DNA of 35,940 nucleotides from Paraspadella gotoi. Lineage: Eukaryota > Animalia > Chaetognatha. A model generated the notes under the pieces. That model had not been told where the DNA came from, searched no databases, and saw only the letters and a list, made by a program, of their open reading frames with translations. Location: positions 1 to 35,940 of the forward strand of contig JBJCIZ010001570.1 in NCBI GenBank assembly GCA_051294375.1, in the 5' to 3' direction. The translations under genes and the position numbers were made by a program. Of this stretch, positions 33,259 to 35,940 are shown piece after piece (the stretch's first letter is position 1; each line of letters begins with the position of its first letter).

Positions 33259-35940
33259 ATGGAAAACCGCCGTTTTGTGAAAATAAAAAAGACAAGAAGG
33301 AAGCGGAATTGACTTTTCTCGTCTCAGCTCCAATGTCTACCCATGTGACTAGAAAATTTCTCCCTCAGTGGCCCACCCCCTCTCCTCCAAAGAACACCCT
33401 CCCGGATGGACTGGCTTTGGGGATTTTTTGTTGAAGCCTGAACCAATCAAGCAATACCCACAAATATTCCTCCGGGCAAAACCATCCCAAAGCCCAAGAA
33501 GAAAGTTAATCCAGAAAGAACAAGACGAAAAAATGAAAGAGCACAGCAAAAAAATATTGACACGCTAAATAAGGAAGCTGATTTGCTTAATGAAGACAAA
33601 ATTTGCAGGTTGAATATAAACATGGATGACGTAATTTTTGTAGACAACAAGGACATTCTGTCAAATGAGATGATGAAAATAATCAAGGCGGCGGATAAAG
33701 AACAAGAAAAAGGCAAAACTCTCGTCGTGGGACTGGATACCGAGTCCGAGATGATAAGAAACGTTGGAAATAAAGTCTGTGTCATCCAATTTAGCTATAA
33801 AACTCATGACAAACAAGTCAGAACCATTGTGGTAAAGACGGACTTCTGCTTCACAGGTACCAAAAAGGTAGACTACGATCATCCCAAATACTCAGTCCAA
33901 AAAATTTACCTCCCAATTCCAATGCCATGTTCATGCATTCCTTAACATCTTATTCGTAGCAGCCAGCCAACCTTGGAGACATAAAAGGCATTGATGAGAA
34001 GTTCATTTTATACAGCGACGTAGCCAGATATATCGACATCTCCTATCTGTTCAAGCAAAATCTCGTTTACAGCAAGGTTACTCGGAATTGAGCTCAAGCA
34101 AACTATGGGATTAAGGAAGTCTTGATTTGTGTACTCCTCCAGCCCACTAATGCAATCCAATAGTGTCATGGAAAAGGACAGAACAAGACCACCTTGCTGC
34201 CATGGAATTAGAAATCAGAGAAAATAAACCATTGGACGGACAGCATGCATATATTTATTCAGCTCAGGACCCTTACTTCACCTGTTAACATTTGATGGTC
34301 TTTAATTTTAATAGATGTTTTGGAAACTAGACATTTTCAGTAAACTCTAGTAATTCAAAACATAAAAGTAGGAAATAATTCAAGAAACATAAAGAGAAAA
34401 TGGCTATTAACATAGATTATGGACAATTTAATAAATGCTTATGCTCTAGCTAAACCCATCCACGAGGCACAGAAAAAAGAACAAAATGGGGAAGAAGATG
34501 ATCGATCAACGAACTTCAAGCTCAAGCAATCAAAGGAAGAAATCTCAGAAACAACACTCATACCAACAGTCAGTACAAACATCAAAGATTCACCATCCTC
34601 TCGCATGAAGAAACTTACGCCCTTTGAAGTGCAACCGACAGTAGAAGAATCAGAATTTTTGTTTCCAAATTCGCCCACACGGGGTAATTGGTCCCCATTT
34701 CCATAATAAGTGAAAATCAAATAGAAGTCATTCCTATCTCGGATTCAGAGCAGATATTAAACTGATGACCATTCTAAGAAAATTTTAAATATTACAGATA
34801 TTCTTAATTCAAGCTAACGATAAGCAACCTTAAAACAGACAATAATCAATTGTTTTAGAAGAGTTAAATAGTGCCACATCAGTCCATAAGATTTATGTAA
34901 AAAGCGTTTAAACATTCAAGATATCGTCAAGAAAGACAAAATTAGCAGAGATCGGTTTTATCCTTGCAAACAATGACTGTGAAGCCACTCTTCCGAGAGT
35001 TCATTCAGAAACAGGACCCTCACAGAATTGACCCTCTGTTTTCTGTTTTACAAATGTCGACTTCTTACAGAAGAAAAACCAGAATTTTTATACTCATCCT
35101 TTCAAATAAACAATTAACTCAGTAAAATTAACTAATAATTTATTTAAGGAAACTTCTAACAAACATTATTCTTCACTCTTTGCATGAGTTAATTTCAGAA
35201 TTGGCCTTTAAGGATAAAATCATGCCATATCACAGACTTCTCTCTTGCCTACAGCTGGCCTAATCAATTCCTGGAAATCACCGTCAAAGAGATAATCTAT
35301 CTCCAGCCGAAAAAATGCTCAGATACAATCCTGTCAAATTTCTTATATGACTACGCAGATCACCTAATGCTACGTGTCTACGTACCTTTGAAAAGATAGA
35401 AAGAATACTTAGACAATGTTTCTACTCGCCAATACAGCGTTTAATCAAATTGGAACCGTGTGACAGAGCTTTGCCAAGGGTTTTACACGTTTCTGTCTCA
35501 TGCATCAATATTTAACAAACAAATAATTTTCTACTTTTAACATGACTATTCTTTCCGACCTTATCATTATTTAACCAAAAGTTCTTTGATATAAAGTACT
35601 TGTCTGCGTCAGCCAATTTTTCCCAGAAACATTCTACCCACTTCGATCTGCACACGGTTCGCCATCCAACACTCTTCATCCAAACCATCCACCACTATTC
35701 TCGTTCACAATCCGCTCGCCGACCTCAACTACAGCGCTCCCTCTCTGGTTACAGAATACAAATCTCATTAGTTATGACGCTCGTTACAAATACACAATCC
35801 TTCATACAGAAAAATCTTGCTCTCCATCTGTTATTTACCAGTAGAGAATCTATATTCTTTACAACTGAATTCCTAAATCTACAAACCCAATGTTAATGAC
35901 TTTTTTTTTTCAAAAATCAAGGCATAATCTCTCGCTCTTT
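33259..35940 (+). CDS. ORF3 of copy B with DEDDy 3'-5' exonuclease domain (truncated by window end)
   Basis: ORF 33583-33945 ..KTLVVGLDTESEMIRNVGNKVCVIQFS (D 33736, E 33742); GDIKGIDEKF; YSAQDPYF at ~34256-34279; colinear with 11376-13960. Confidence 0.8.

Larger units (their letters stand above)
19895..35940 (+). mobile_element. Ty3/Gypsy LTR retrotransposon, copy B (5' LTR through ORF3; 3' end beyond the window; pol duplicated across a 100-N gap)
   Basis: LTR, PBS, leader, gag, PR-RT-RH-IN and ORF3 are colinear and near-identical to copy A. Confidence 0.93.

Noticed and set aside
24087-33380. Element with two pol genes
   Set aside because: The repeat restarts exactly at a 100-N scaffold gap, and copy A has no such repeat.

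Overview
Eukaryotic, probably invertebrate animal, genomic window from an error-rich, gap-filled long-read assembly with many indels, four 25-N gaps, a 100-N gap and a 470-N gap. About 85% of it is one family of large (~13 kb reconstructed) Ty3/Gypsy LTR retrotransposon in two blocks: copy A (1-15690) and copy B (19895-35940, running off the window). Both blocks carry internal duplications or an inversion that look like assembly artefacts. Reconstructed layout: ~600-bp LTR; tRNA-Gly-like PBS; ~1.8-kb leader with candidate upstream ORF(s); gag with an Arg/Ser/Asp/Tyr-rich tail and no CCHC knuckle; a -1 frameshift signal with a predicted pseudoknot; pol (protease, RT with FLDD, RNase H, integrase, long tail); ORF3 of ~900 aa; A-tract region; LTR. 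ORF3 sits in the env position but encodes a DEDDy 3'-5' exonuclease with all catalytic motifs intact, and apparently a second, degenerate exonuclease-like domain at its C-terminus. Between the two blocks are host genes on the minus strand: the last four exons of a serine racemase/threonine dehydratase-family gene (copy B begins in its intron) and a probable F-box gene. Protein reconstructions were stitched by eye across frameshifts using the redundant copies.
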